A DNA stretch of 64,000 nt. Source: a bacterium HR19. Lineage in GTDB: Bacteria; Calescibacteriota; Calescibacteriia; Calescibacteriales; Calescibacteriaceae. Each line of letters starts with the position of its first letter. The stretch's first letter is position 1. The DNA is taken from contig BEHV01000004.1 in NCBI GenBank assembly GCA_002898315.1, positions 78,383 to 142,382 on the forward strand, read 5' to 3'. Positions 9,721-19,221 of this stretch are shown here, one piece after another. The notes below the pieces were generated by a model, which did not search any database, was not told the DNA's origin, and saw nothing but the letters and a program-made list of their open reading frames with translations. The position numbers were made by a program, and so were the translations under genes.

Positions 9721-10395
9721 CTATTCCTCTTTTATTCCAATAACCTTTTCAAATTCAAAGTTTAAATTCCCTATTCCAACAAAAACATTGTTTCCCTCCA
9801 AAGATACAGAATCTATTTTTCCGAATGTAAGATGAGATGGTTTGAACTCATTTCCTGCGGAATCATGGGCAACAATTTCAAACGAGTATTGACCATCTTG
9901 AACAGCATTTCCGCTATCGTTTTTTCCATCCCAGACCACATAGTGCTTTCCAGCATCAACATCTGAAAGGTGAATCCTTTTCACAACTATTCCGCCGGGA
10001 CCTAATATCTTTACCTCAACATCTCTCGCAGGTATATCAAGTGAAAAAGCCGGGTAATTCAAAACCTTCCCTTGGGAGACAAAAAGAGTTTTGCCCTCAA
10101 TATAAGCTTTTTTTCCTATGATGTTTGACGCAGAAAAGAAATTTGCGCGAGCTATGGACTTTGAAAGCTCATCTATTGTATCTTTCAGATTCATTGATTG
10201 CTCAACTTGAGCTAAAATTGAAAGCTGAGTCATAAGGTCTTTGTAATCAACAGATGATTCAAAATCTTGGTATTTCAACTGGGTGAAAAGAAGCTTCAAA
10301 AAATCATCTCTGCTTATTTTTGTTGATGGATTTGCAACCTGTCGCTGACCAGAACCTGAAAGGTCGTTCAAAATTCCTGAAATATCGTTTGCCAT
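9721..10395 (-). CDS. flgD: flagellar hook assembly/capping protein FlgD
   Basis: ISRDDFLKLLFTQLKYQD is the FlgD N-terminal motif. C-terminal Ig-like block is GQYSFEIVAHDSAGN. Confidence 0.85.
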   Translation of the reverse strand: MANDISGILNDLSGSGQRQVANPSTKISRDDFLKLLFTQLKYQDFESSVDYKDLMTQLSILAQVEQSMNLKDTIDELSKSIARANFFSASNIIGKKAYIEGKTLFVSQGKVLNYPAFSLDIPARDVEVKILGPGGIVVKRIHLSDVDAGKHYVVWDGKNDSGNAVQDGQYSFEIVAHDSAGNEFKPSHLTFGKIDSVSLEGNNVFVGIGNLNFEFEKVIGIKEE

Positions 10396-10424
10396 CTTCT
10401 GTTCTCCTCACTTCTCCTTTATTT

Positions 10425-11960
10425 TTACACTATCGCTAAAAATCTCCCTTTTATATTTGCAAAAACTGTTCCACGAGAAAATTTTTCCTCATCGGCAAAG
10501 TGATTTAAATTCGGACTTGAATTAAATCCTCTGAAATGGAATATATTTTCTCTGTTCAAATTCTCATCAAAACCAGAGTTAACATCAAATCTTTGCAGAA
10601 CAAAATTATTTCCTTCAAGAAACCTTCTCAAGTCATCCTGATGTTTAGATATATCTGACTTCAAAGATGTATCAGGGGTAGTTATTGACAAGCTCAGCTT
10701 ATTTGAGTTATCTACTGCGACATCTATTATGACTTTGCTTCCCAACACATCAGCTTCCATAACAGCTCTTTTCTGATGAGTATTTAGAACGAGCTTGACA
10801 GAGTCAAGTATGACCTGCTTTAACTCTGAGATTTTTGAATCACCACGAGAAGAATTATAATCTATCTCGTATATATTATTTGATTTGCTATCTTGTATAT
10901 TGTTTGAGCTATTGTTTTGCTGTAAAGTGGAGTGGAGTTTTTGCGCTGTGATGATAAAATCTTTCTCTGTCTTTTTTTCTCCACTTGATTCTGTAAGGTT
11001 TATCATCTCCGATTTATCACTGCGTTTATGTGAAATTTCTTGATTTTCATGCGAAGGTTGATTTATATCTTTTTCTGATCTTTTATCTAAATCCGAACTT
11101 GAAAATTCCTTTGTCAAGAGCTTATCTTCTTTTATCTGAAATTCTCCCTGAGCAGAATCTTTAAGAGAATTCTGCTGATTTACATCTTTGATTTCTTTTT
11201 TCTCTCTAAATTTCTCTCCAAAAAAGTCAGATTGAAACTTTAATTCAGCGTTTTCTCTATGAGCTTCTACAAATTTCTCGGGTTTTTCTATCTGCTTGCT
11301 ATGAATTTCGCTTATCTGATTATTTTGGTCTGCTTTATCAGTTTGATGAGTTTGTTTATCTATCTTGTGAAAGCTATCTGGGCTTACCTTGATTTTCTCT
11401 TTTTGGGTTCCCTCATCAATGTTGGTTTCTGCGTTTTTTATCTTCTCCTGCAAAACACTTTCCGCAATAAGATTTTGATTTTTATCTAAAATTATCTGCT
11501 TCCCATCAATTGAAATTGACTTCTGATCTTCGCTGACACTTTGTGATTGATCTGACCGAACACTGTCTGAATTAACATTTCCTTCTTGTAATTTAGTTTG
11601 TTGTTCAAATACAAAATTAAGTATAATGTGCAAGGGATAAACGAATGAATCATCTTGTGGTTTTGATACATCGTCTTCCTTTTGCTCTGGTTTACCAGTT
11701 TTTTTCAAGTATTGCAATAAATCTTCAAGAGAATCAGAAAAATCTTTCTCATCAGATTGCAAAATCTTTTTTATGATCTCGTCAAAATTTTCCGAACTAT
11801 TTTTCAGGGTTTCAATAAGTTCTTTGAGTATATCTTCAAAGTTCGGAGTATTTCCTGACACCTGCTGAAATGAGCTTTGACTTGAAACATCAAGAGAAAA
11901 GAGGATATTGAGGAGCTTCTGTATCAGATCAACCATCTGAAAGATAAAGGCAAAAATCAT
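10425..11960 (-). CDS. fliK: flagellar hook-length control protein FliK-like. Low-complexity, acidic and Ser-rich. The start could instead be the internal Met at 11936.
   Basis: The C-terminal segment LSLSITTPDTSLKSDISKHQDDLRRFLEGNNFVLQRFDV resembles the Flg_hook domain. It sits directly upstream of flgD-flgE. Confidence 0.55.
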   Translation of the reverse strand: MIFAFIFQMVDLIQKLLNILFSLDVSSQSSFQQVSGNTPNFEDILKELIETLKNSSENFDEIIKKILQSDEKDFSDSLEDLLQYLKKTGKPEQKEDDVSKPQDDSFVYPLHIILNFVFEQQTKLQEGNVNSDSVRSDQSQSVSEDQKSISIDGKQIILDKNQNLIAESVLQEKIKNAETNIDEGTQKEKIKVSPDSFHKIDKQTHQTDKADQNNQISEIHSKQIEKPEKFVEAHRENAELKFQSDFFGEKFREKKEIKDVNQQNSLKDSAQGEFQIKEDKLLTKEFSSSDLDKRSEKDINQPSHENQEISHKRSDKSEMINLTESSGEKKTEKDFIITAQKLHSTLQQNNSSNNIQDSKSNNIYEIDYNSSRGDSKISELKQVILDSVKLVLNTHQKRAVMEADVLGSKVIIDVAVDNSNKLSLSITTPDTSLKSDISKHQDDLRRFLEGNNFVLQRFDVNSGFDENLNRENIFHFRGFNSSPNLNHFADEEKFSRGTVFANIKGRFLAIV

Positions 11961-11984
11961 GCCATAGGAAAAAATTTCCCAGAA

Positions 11985-13127
11985 TCAATCAAAGTTATAG
12001 GGATAAGAGAAAATTCCTTCCTCTGTGATTATGCCGGAGATGAAATCTGGGGGAGTTATATCAAAGACGAAGTTAAACGCCTTTGCATCTTTTGGAGCAA
12101 CCTGAATCCCACTGAAACTCTTGACCTCATCTTCCGCCCTGCTTTCAATAACTATATACTCTGAGTTTTTGTCAATTGTGGTAGAAGGGGCGAGGACATA
12201 AAATGGTACAGAAAATATCTTCGCAGAGATAGCCAACATAAAAGTCCCGATTTTATTAGCGGTAGTTCCGTTTCTCAAAATTCTATCTGCCCCTGTGAGA
12301 ACAGATATGCTTTTTGGAGTTTCATCTAAAATCTTTTTCATCATAAATGGAGCAGAAGAATCAACAATAAGGTGGAAAGGAATTTTTTCTTTCAGGAGCT
12401 CCCAAGCAGTAAGACGTGAGCCCTGAAGGAAAGGTCTCGTTTCAAGAGCAATAACCTCAAAATTTTTCCCCAACTTCTTTGCGAATTTTATAGCCGAAAA
12501 AGCTGTGCCCCAACCTCCCGTAGCAAGAGAACCCGTATTACATATAGTGAATACAAACCCATCTTGTGGAATAACCTCCGAACCCCACATGCCTATAAGA
12601 TAGCACGAGAGGAAATCTGAAAACCATATTTTTTTCGCTCTTGCGTAGATTTTGTCAAGGTCTCCTCCGCTTGCTTTAAACTCCTCTTCCATTTCATCAA
12701 GCGCTTTTTGGAGATTGAATGCTGTTGGACGGGTATTAAAAAGCGTTTCTTTTATCTCTTTAAAAACCTCGTAAGTGAGATTTTCTCTTCTCTGCACTCT
12801 TTTTTTGAGTCCATAGAAAACCCCGAAACTTGCTGATATTCCTATTGCAGGAGCACCTCTTACAATCATGCTTTTTATAGCTGATGCGACATCTCTTTCA
12901 TCGTAGCACCTCACCCACTCTTCCTTATGAGGTAAAAGACGCTGGTCTAAAAACTCAATATATCCATCTTCAAGACGAAACCACACATGTCTTTTTCCTC
13001 CCTCTGTTTCTTCGTAAAAGATTTTCTGCGCTTCTTCAAGAATCTTCTCAAATTCCTTCCTTTTTCTCTCTTGAACCAACTTTATGAAACTTTGCCTGAC
13101 AGAGTTAAGGTAGTTTTCATCTATCAT
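11985..13127 (-). CDS. mtnA: S-methyl-5-thioribose-1-phosphate isomerase (MtnA / eIF-2B family)
   Basis: FLDQRLLPHKEEWVRCYDERDVASAIKSMIVRGAPAIGISASFG is the eIF-2B/MtnA signature. Confidence 0.8.
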   Translation of the reverse strand: MIDENYLNSVRQSFIKLVQERKRKEFEKILEEAQKIFYEETEGGKRHVWFRLEDGYIEFLDQRLLPHKEEWVRCYDERDVASAIKSMIVRGAPAIGISASFGVFYGLKKRVQRRENLTYEVFKEIKETLFNTRPTAFNLQKALDEMEEEFKASGGDLDKIYARAKKIWFSDFLSCYLIGMWGSEVIPQDGFVFTICNTGSLATGGWGTAFSAIKFAKKLGKNFEVIALETRPFLQGSRLTAWELLKEKIPFHLIVDSSAPFMMKKILDETPKSISVLTGADRILRNGTTANKIGTFMLAISAKIFSVPFYVLAPSTTIDKNSEYIVIESRAEDEVKSFSGIQVAPKDAKAFNFVFDITPPDFISGIITEEGIFSYPYNFD

Positions 13128-13193
13128 ACAAGTTTTTATATTTATCTTAACATAGCAACGATTAGTATTGTAAAAAATATTTAACTTGGCAGA

Positions 13194-14363
13194 TTATTCT
13201 GCTCCGAGTATAGTGACGCAGGCAACAGAACCTGGACCACCCAGATTGTGAGCAAGCCCTATACCGTTTCTTAACTTAACCTGTCTTTCTTTCTCTACTC
13301 TACCCTTCAGCTGATTTACAACTTCGTAAATCATTCTGAGACCCGATGCTCCTATTGGATGTCCGAAGGATTTTAGACCTCCCGAAGGATTTACAGGTAT
13401 TCTGCCACCTATTTCGGTTTCGCCTTCCATAATAAGCTTCCAGCCATGACCTTTTTCGGCAAAACCAAGGTCTTCATAGTTTGATATTTCTGTCCATGTG
13501 AAGCAATCGTGGACTTCGGCAAAATCAACATTCTCGGGTTTTATTCCAGCCATAGAATAAGCTTGTTCTGCTGCAAGGCGTGTTGCAGGGAATCCGATGT
13601 ATTCAAAATCTGGTTTGAACTGCGGCCTGGCAGATGTCACAGCAAGTCCAATTCCAAGAATCTTTATATAATCTTTTTTGAGTTCTCTGGCGACTTCCTT
13701 ACGGGCGATTATAGAACACGCTGAGCCATCTGTGACAGGACAGCAATCAAAAAGCCCAAAAGGATAAGCAACCATTGGAGCAGATAGAACATCTTCTTCT
13801 GTTATTGTTTTTTGAAAGTGGGATTTCGGGTTTTTGGCACCGTTTCTGTGGTTTTTCACAGCAACACGAGCAAGCGGTTTCCTATCTATACCGTATTTGT
13901 GCATGTATCTTACCGCCGGGAGAGCAAAAACACCTGGAGCGGTGTTACCTTTTGCGAGGAGCGGATGCCAATCTATTCGGGGCAGTCCTCGGGATTGTCT
14001 ATCTTTCAGTTTTTCAACTCCGAGAGCAAGGACTATATCATATACTCCGGCAGCGACAGAAAAGACAGCATTTCTAAAAGCTTCCATACCGGTGGCGCAG
14101 TAGTTTTCAACACGTGTTATGGGTTTGCCGTATATTTTTATGGCGTCTGCGAGAGATGAACCAGCCATTCCTCCTCCGAAGCCCGGAAAGAATGTTCCAA
14201 GCCACGCAGCTTCTATATCTTCTCTGCTTATTCCGGCATCTTTCAAACACTCCTCAAACGCCTCAACCGCAAGGTCTTCATAAGATTTATCATATCTTTC
14301 ACCAAACTTTGAACAGCCTACTCCTATTATCACCACATCATCTAATCTCCCTCTTTTAGCCAT
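13194..14363 (-). CDS. thiolase (SCP-x / archaeal-type acetyl-CoA C-acyltransferase family). Start taken at the internal Met (MAKRGRLDD).
   Basis: VVIIGVGCSKFGERYDKSYEDLAVEAFEECLKDAGI. C-terminal GHPIGASGLRMIYEVVNQLKG...GGPGSVACVTILG. Confidence 0.85.
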   Translation of the reverse strand: MAKRGRLDDVVIIGVGCSKFGERYDKSYEDLAVEAFEECLKDAGISREDIEAAWLGTFFPGFGGGMAGSSLADAIKIYGKPITRVENYCATGMEAFRNAVFSVAAGVYDIVLALGVEKLKDRQSRGLPRIDWHPLLAKGNTAPGVFALPAVRYMHKYGIDRKPLARVAVKNHRNGAKNPKSHFQKTITEEDVLSAPMVAYPFGLFDCCPVTDGSACSIIARKEVARELKKDYIKILGIGLAVTSARPQFKPDFEYIGFPATRLAAEQAYSMAGIKPENVDFAEVHDCFTWTEISNYEDLGFAEKGHGWKLIMEGETEIGGRIPVNPSGGLKSFGHPIGASGLRMIYEVVNQLKGRVEKERQVKLRNGIGLAHNLGGPGSVACVTILGAE

Positions 14364-14440
14364 TTCAAATTTAATGTTATGAAATTTGACAAAAAAATGT
14401 TTTTGAGCAAAAACAATTATCACACAAAAAAGTTTGCAAT

Positions 14441-15118
14441 CTATGACTTTTCAAGTTTTTCAAGTTTTTGCTTTATAAGGGAGATATTAGATTGTATATC
14501 TCCTTTGAAGATGAAAGCTCCGAAAACAAGAATATCTGCACCAGCTGAAACGACATTATGGAGATTTTCGCTGTTCAAACCACCATCAACCTCTATGAAA
14601 AATTTCAGACCATTTTCTCTTCGCATAGCGTCTATTTCCCTTATCTTCCTCAGAGATGAAGGAATGAACTTCTGACCGTAAAAGCCGGGGTTGACACTCA
14701 TCACAAGAACAACATCGACAATATCTAAAATTTCTTTTACAGAAAAAGATGGTGTAGCTGGATTCAAAGCGACTCCTGCTTTCTTTCCTAAACTCTTTAT
14801 TTTCTCTATAACTCTTTGGACGTGGTATGTTGATTCAAAGTGAAATGAGATTATATCTGCTCCTGCACGGGCGAAATCTTGGATATACCTTTCTGGCTCC
14901 GAAATCATAAGATGGACATCAAAGGTAGTATCTTTAAATTTTTCCCGAAGAGATTCTATAACTGGAATGCCGAAAGATATGTTTGGGACAAATCTGCCAT
15001 CCATGACATCAAAATGTATCATATCTGCTCCTGCAAGGAGAGCTTTTTGAATCTGCTCTCCGAGACATGAAAAGTCCGCCGCTAGAATACTGGGTGAAAT
15101 AAAGAGCTTTTTATTCAT
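14441..15118 (-). CDS. rpe: ribulose-phosphate 3-epimerase
   Basis: LFISPSILAADFSCLGEQIQKALLAGADMIHFDVMDGRFVPNISFG. Start chosen at MNKKLFISP. Its ATG overlaps the stop of the upstream FmdB-like gene. Confidence 0.9.
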   Translation of the reverse strand: MNKKLFISPSILAADFSCLGEQIQKALLAGADMIHFDVMDGRFVPNISFGIPVIESLREKFKDTTFDVHLMISEPERYIQDFARAGADIISFHFESTYHVQRVIEKIKSLGKKAGVALNPATPSFSVKEILDIVDVVLVMSVNPGFYGQKFIPSSLRKIREIDAMRRENGLKFFIEVDGGLNSENLHNVVSAGADILVFGAFIFKGDIQSNISLIKQKLEKLEKS

Positions 15119-15500
15119 TATCAGCTCCTGCATCCGAAGATTCTTCTCCTTCTTCTTTTTCTCCTTCTTTTTTGCCAATTCCCATCTCCTCGCTCAAACT
15201 CTCAACCACTTCATCTATATCAATATCTCCTCCCTCAATTTCTCCCGAATATTCTTTCAGGGTTTTTTTCATCCATTTTTTTATGCTTTCTGGGTCATTT
15301 ATATCAACCGACCTCATAGCGTCTTCAACGGTACTTTCAACTCTTTCTTCATCTGACCTCAGGCGTGCAAACCGTGAGATTATTCTTTCAAGCTCATCAG
15401 AAGAGCATTTTTTGCATTTTAAAACTTCGTTCTCCCATGGGTATATAAGAAAAGAGTTTTTGCTCCCACAGTTTTTACATATGTATTCATAAATCGGCAT
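15111..15500 (-). CDS. FmdB-family zinc-ribbon protein with an acidic C-terminal tail
   Basis: MPIYEYICKNCGS...LKCKKCSS has two CxxC pairs typical of the FmdB family. Confidence 0.7.
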   Translation of the reverse strand: MPIYEYICKNCGSKNSFLIYPWENEVLKCKKCSSDELERIISRFARLRSDEERVESTVEDAMRSVDINDPESIKKWMKKTLKEYSGEIEGGDIDIDEVVESLSEEMGIGKKEGEKEEGEESSDAGADNE

Positions 15501-15560
15501 ATCAAAAATATATTATTATATAGACACAAACTTGAAATAGCGATAGTAAAATTTTTTGCA

Positions 15561-15986
15561 TCATCTTACCTCTTGAACCGTAGATAATATAGACGGTTTT
15601 CCCAAAATCTCAATAGATTTTTGAGATGGAGTGAATATTTTGACGGTTGGTATAACAGGCATTTTGATATTTCCTAAAAATGGTATAACAGAAGAGAGCA
15701 TAGTTGAAAAATCATAGGCATTAACTTCAACTTTGTATCCTTCTGGAACTTCTGTCGGATATATGTCAACATTGTATTTTTGCTTTATATATGTTTCTGA
15801 TGGGACAGAGAAGGTGAGGAACACCGCATTTGACATTTCGTCTATTTTTCTGGCGATTTTCAGGTTAGCTATATGTATGCCGAGGAGAGCAACAAGCGTC
15901 GTTCCTAAAATCCACACGGCTACGAGAACCTCAACAAGAGTGAAAGCTCTGCGAAAACCCAAGTTTGCTGTTCTTTTATTTATCAT
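15561..15986 (-). CDS. prepilin-type N-terminal cleavage/methylation-domain protein (type II secretion / type IV pilus pseudopilin)
   Basis: GFRRAFTLVEVLVAVWILG is the class III signal-peptide motif. Confidence 0.7.
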   Translation of the reverse strand: MINKRTANLGFRRAFTLVEVLVAVWILGTTLVALLGIHIANLKIARKIDEMSNAVFLTFSVPSETYIKQKYNVDIYPTEVPEGYKVEVNAYDFSTMLSSVIPFLGNIKMPVIPTVKIFTPSQKSIEILGKPSILSTVQEVR

Positions 15987-16654
15987 TTTGAAGATATTCT
16001 CCCCTCCGCTAACAAAAATTCTTTTCTGTAAAGATCTTTATTACTCGCATTAAACTCGTGTTTGACTTGGACTTCAAGTTTTTCCAATGTATAGAGCTGC
16101 CACGAGATCGGCACAAATGCTATCCGTCTGCCTCTTTGTTCCTGTATTAATTCAAAACTCAAAAGCATATGAAATGCATCTTTTGTGATTTTTGGGTCTT
16201 CAGATGGGGAAAAATAAAATGTTCTAAATGATTGATTTTTAGTTGCCGTGTTGTACGTCTTACAGTCAAGATAAATAACTCTCCCCTGTTTATCTATAAT
16301 TTCAATATTAGGGTAGCCAGCAATCTTTATCTTTCCACTTTTTGTTAGGGGTCTATCCGCTTTAAGCCCTACTTCTTTTAATGCTGAAATTACAAAGGGT
16401 TCTATATGATTCCCTGCTTCATTGGGTCTTCTTGTAAAAATCCCCTGTTTATATGCTTCACCTCCCGCTATCTGTGCTGCAGTTTTTAGAAGCTTTAACA
16501 ATTTCTGATTATCTTTATTTGATAAATCAAAGTGTAAAACTTCACATCCTGTCAATGTCTTTATCGCAATTGAATATGGAATTCCTTTTAGTGGTTCTAA
16601 AAACTTGCTTATTATTGCCTCAAGTTGCCTGATATATTCTTCACGTTCATTCAT
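15983..16654 (-). CDS. putative type II restriction endonuclease (PD-(D/E)xK-like), partner of the adjacent methyltransferase
   Basis: 223 aa. Candidate catalytic motif YPNIEIID...(12 aa)...IYLDCK, i.e. PD...DxK. It is 8 nt-overlapped by the upstream methyltransferase gene on the same strand. No other recognisable family. Confidence 0.4.
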   Translation of the reverse strand: MNEREEYIRQLEAIISKFLEPLKGIPYSIAIKTLTGCEVLHFDLSNKDNQKLLKLLKTAAQIAGGEAYKQGIFTRRPNEAGNHIEPFVISALKEVGLKADRPLTKSGKIKIAGYPNIEIIDKQGRVIYLDCKTYNTATKNQSFRTFYFSPSEDPKITKDAFHMLLSFELIQEQRGRRIAFVPISWQLYTLEKLEVQVKHEFNASNKDLYRKEFLLAEGRISSK

Positions 16655-17978
16655 TCTTTTCGCCCTTTCTAAATATCAATATATTCTCTTTCTGCATCAC
16701 ATTATAAAGCCCGAAAATTATCTTATCTATGTTTTTTACAAGTTTAAACCCGATTTTCTCCGCATAATCTATAATAAATTCTACCGTCTTTATTTCTTTT
16801 CCCTGATAGGTTGCATTTCCAATCACAATTACAGCGTACTTTTCAGGCTTCAAAACCCTGTACATCTCCTCTAAACTTTTTTTCATATCTTCATTGTAAA
16901 GGTCTATTCTTCCCTGACCCTTACCTCTAACACCAATGAATTCTTCCCGTAATTCCTTCAAGTCATATCCTAAGGTCCTCAGTGCGTGAGCATCATTGGA
17001 AACATAATCTAATGCTATTGAGTAAGGCGGTGATGTTATTATGCCATCAATACTGGCATCTTCAAGCGGTAAATTTCTGGAATCTCCTGATCTTATATCA
17101 ACTTTCCCAAGTTTTAAGTTTAGCTCTTTTGCCACATCAACATAATCTTTCACAGATAGAATCATCAAATCCAGATTTTTCACAAATGATTTGATAAAAT
17201 CTTTTCGCCTTCTCACATTATCACTTATTGCAATCAACTTTGCCATCAAGAAAAAGTTTCTGACCTTCTCATTAGAAATATCCTCTATTGTCTTGTCGAG
17301 AACTTTAAGGCCAAATAAACTTAAACCTATCTTCCGCAATAAGATATTTTTCCATTCTAATATTTCTGGTAAGACCTCTGCTGATTCTGTTTTCACTTTA
17401 CTTTGAAGGACACATAAAGGAGAAATATCAATACCAATACAGTTTATCCCCAAAAGCTGAGCTTCCAATGCTGTTGTTCCACTGCCAATAAATGGGTCAA
17501 GAACCGTATCACCTTCTTTTAGTCCTATAATATTAAGCAATGCTCTAATCATTTGGGGATGAAACTTACCTTTATATGGATATATCCAATGCGTCAAGTA
17601 TTGATTTACAGATCTTGTGCGATTTTTTCTTACAATATGAAAATAGTCAGTATATTTACCTTTAATCAGCTTGAAATAAGCAAGTTTTCTTCTTAGCGGT
17701 TCAATATCTTCAATTTCCTCTAAAAGTTTGAATTCTCTTAATCCATTAGTAACTTCAAATTTTACTCCAAGGGACTTTAATTCAAGCTGGGCTAATGCCA
17801 ATTCATAGATAAATTGCACATTATCAAAAAGAACAAGTTGCTTCTTTTCCTCTAAAGATTCATTTTGAAATGCCCATAACTCACCAATCTTTTCTGCCTT
17901 TTCCAACATTATTTCTCCCTTAGTTTTGATTTCTTGTCCCACGATAATCTTGTTGATAAATAAAATAATTAGTTCCAA
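16647..17978 (-). CDS. DNA methyltransferase (N6-adenine/N4-cytosine amino-methyltransferase family)
   Basis: Motif I VLDPFIGSGTTALEAQLLG. Motif IV DGIITSPPYSIALDY, about 150 aa downstream, so I-TRD-IV order. Confidence 0.65.
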   Translation of the reverse strand: MELIILFINKIIVGQEIKTKGEIMLEKAEKIGELWAFQNESLEEKKQLVLFDNVQFIYELALAQLELKSLGVKFEVTNGLREFKLLEEIEDIEPLRRKLAYFKLIKGKYTDYFHIVRKNRTRSVNQYLTHWIYPYKGKFHPQMIRALLNIIGLKEGDTVLDPFIGSGTTALEAQLLGINCIGIDISPLCVLQSKVKTESAEVLPEILEWKNILLRKIGLSLFGLKVLDKTIEDISNEKVRNFFLMAKLIAISDNVRRRKDFIKSFVKNLDLMILSVKDYVDVAKELNLKLGKVDIRSGDSRNLPLEDASIDGIITSPPYSIALDYVSNDAHALRTLGYDLKELREEFIGVRGKGQGRIDLYNEDMKKSLEEMYRVLKPEKYAVIVIGNATYQGKEIKTVEFIIDYAEKIGFKLVKNIDKIIFGLYNVMQKENILIFRKGEKNE

Positions 17979-18053
17979 ATTTTACAAAATTAGAAAGTAA
18001 GCAAGATAAGTTTTAAAAAATAAAGTGTATATCAAAAATCTGCTTTCAAAATT

Positions 18054-19193
18054 TCAGTTTTCATTGTTTTTAACTTTCAGCTCTTCTAAATGTTTGAGCA
18101 AAAAGCGAGAAAGAATATCTATCGTAATGCGTCCTTGAAAATTTTGAATTAAAGGAGCTTGATTTAAAAACGGAGCTTTACCAGAAATTGATTTAAAGCT
18201 CTGAAAAATATTTAAGTTCTTCACAGAAATAGCAAAACCTATATTATCTTGCACCTTCCATGTTATTATACCTATCAACTTTCCATCTTTTGCTCTGAAC
18301 ATGCCACCACCAGAATTTCCCGGACCCACCGCGGCATCGGTCTGAATTATCTCATAATTAGGACAACTTCCTCCCTCGGAAGCAGTTCTTACACCACTTA
18401 TAATTCCTCTGCTCACACTTGAACTCAAACCGTATGGATTTCCAACAACAAAGACACTATCTCCAACATTATAAACCTGGCTTATTTCAGCAGAAGTATC
18501 AAGCTGAGAAGAAATCTTGATAACCGCAAGGTCAAGACAGCCAGTAATATCTTCCTCAACTATATCGGCGGTTTTATATAAAATATCGTCTTTCAATCTT
18601 ACCTCTACACTGCTTTTCAAATCAGGTAAAAAATCTTTTATAGTATTTGCTACACAGGGCAAGTCCCAGCAAGTAGAATAACATTGTTGAAGTTGTCCAT
18701 AACACGAGTTACTTCTTACACATTTATCTTGGAATCTTTTATTACAGTCGTTATCGATTGAACAAAAGCCCCAAATTATAGAAACTTGGAGGCAGGAAGA
18801 ACTATTTAAGCAAGCATTTATACTGTTTTGACAAAAGGATTCTCCCCCACCTGTGATAGATTGTTGACTGCTCTGATAATCGCTTATATAACTTAAAGCA
18901 ACCAACCATTTATTAACCACATGAGCGTTGGTTACTATTTTTCCATCGCGAGATAAAATAACCCCTGACCCAAGTACCTGATACTTTTGCGAACTCCAAG
19001 TTCCGTCTTCAAGCCATATTTTAGTTCTAACTTCGGTAACGACCTTTTGTATATCTTGAATAATTTCTTGCTCTGACTTCTGCTTACTTCCCCCTCCGCA
19101 AGAAAAGGCAGAAAAAAGCAAGATAGAAAAAACAAATTTTGCTTTCAGGACATTTATAAACCTATTTAGTTTCTCAGTCCGTTTCTTCTCCAC
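18054..19193 (-). CDS. secreted trypsin-like (S1/HtrA-type) serine protease with a cysteine-rich insertion
   Basis: GSGVILSRDGKIVTNAHVV holds the His. TDAAVGPGNSGGGMF holds the GNSGG Ser. The ~70-aa insert between them has 14 Cys. There is an N-terminal signal and a possible lipobox AFSC. Confidence 0.7.
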   Translation of the reverse strand: MEKKRTEKLNRFINVLKAKFVFSILLFSAFSCGGGSKQKSEQEIIQDIQKVVTEVRTKIWLEDGTWSSQKYQVLGSGVILSRDGKIVTNAHVVNKWLVALSYISDYQSSQQSITGGGESFCQNSINACLNSSSCLQVSIIWGFCSIDNDCNKRFQDKCVRSNSCYGQLQQCYSTCWDLPCVANTIKDFLPDLKSSVEVRLKDDILYKTADIVEEDITGCLDLAVIKISSQLDTSAEISQVYNVGDSVFVVGNPYGLSSSVSRGIISGVRTASEGGSCPNYEIIQTDAAVGPGNSGGGMFRAKDGKLIGIITWKVQDNIGFAISVKNLNIFQSFKSISGKAPFLNQAPLIQNFQGRITIDILSRFLLKHLEELKVKNNEN

Positions 19194-19221
19194 CTTAAAA
19201 TTTTAATTTACGCATTAAGAT

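Noticed and set aside
10425-11960. Whether the Ser/Asp/Lys-rich 511-aa protein is a repeat-containing surface protein rather than FliK
   Set aside because: Its position directly upstream of flgD-flgE and a C-terminal Flg_hook-like segment favour FliK. Confidence is kept moderate.
13509-14359. Cluster of plus-strand ORFs (13509-13724, 13775-14077, 13812-14159, 13834-14103, 14114-14359)
   Set aside because: They are antisense to the thiolase gene. They look like artefacts of GC-rich codon third positions.
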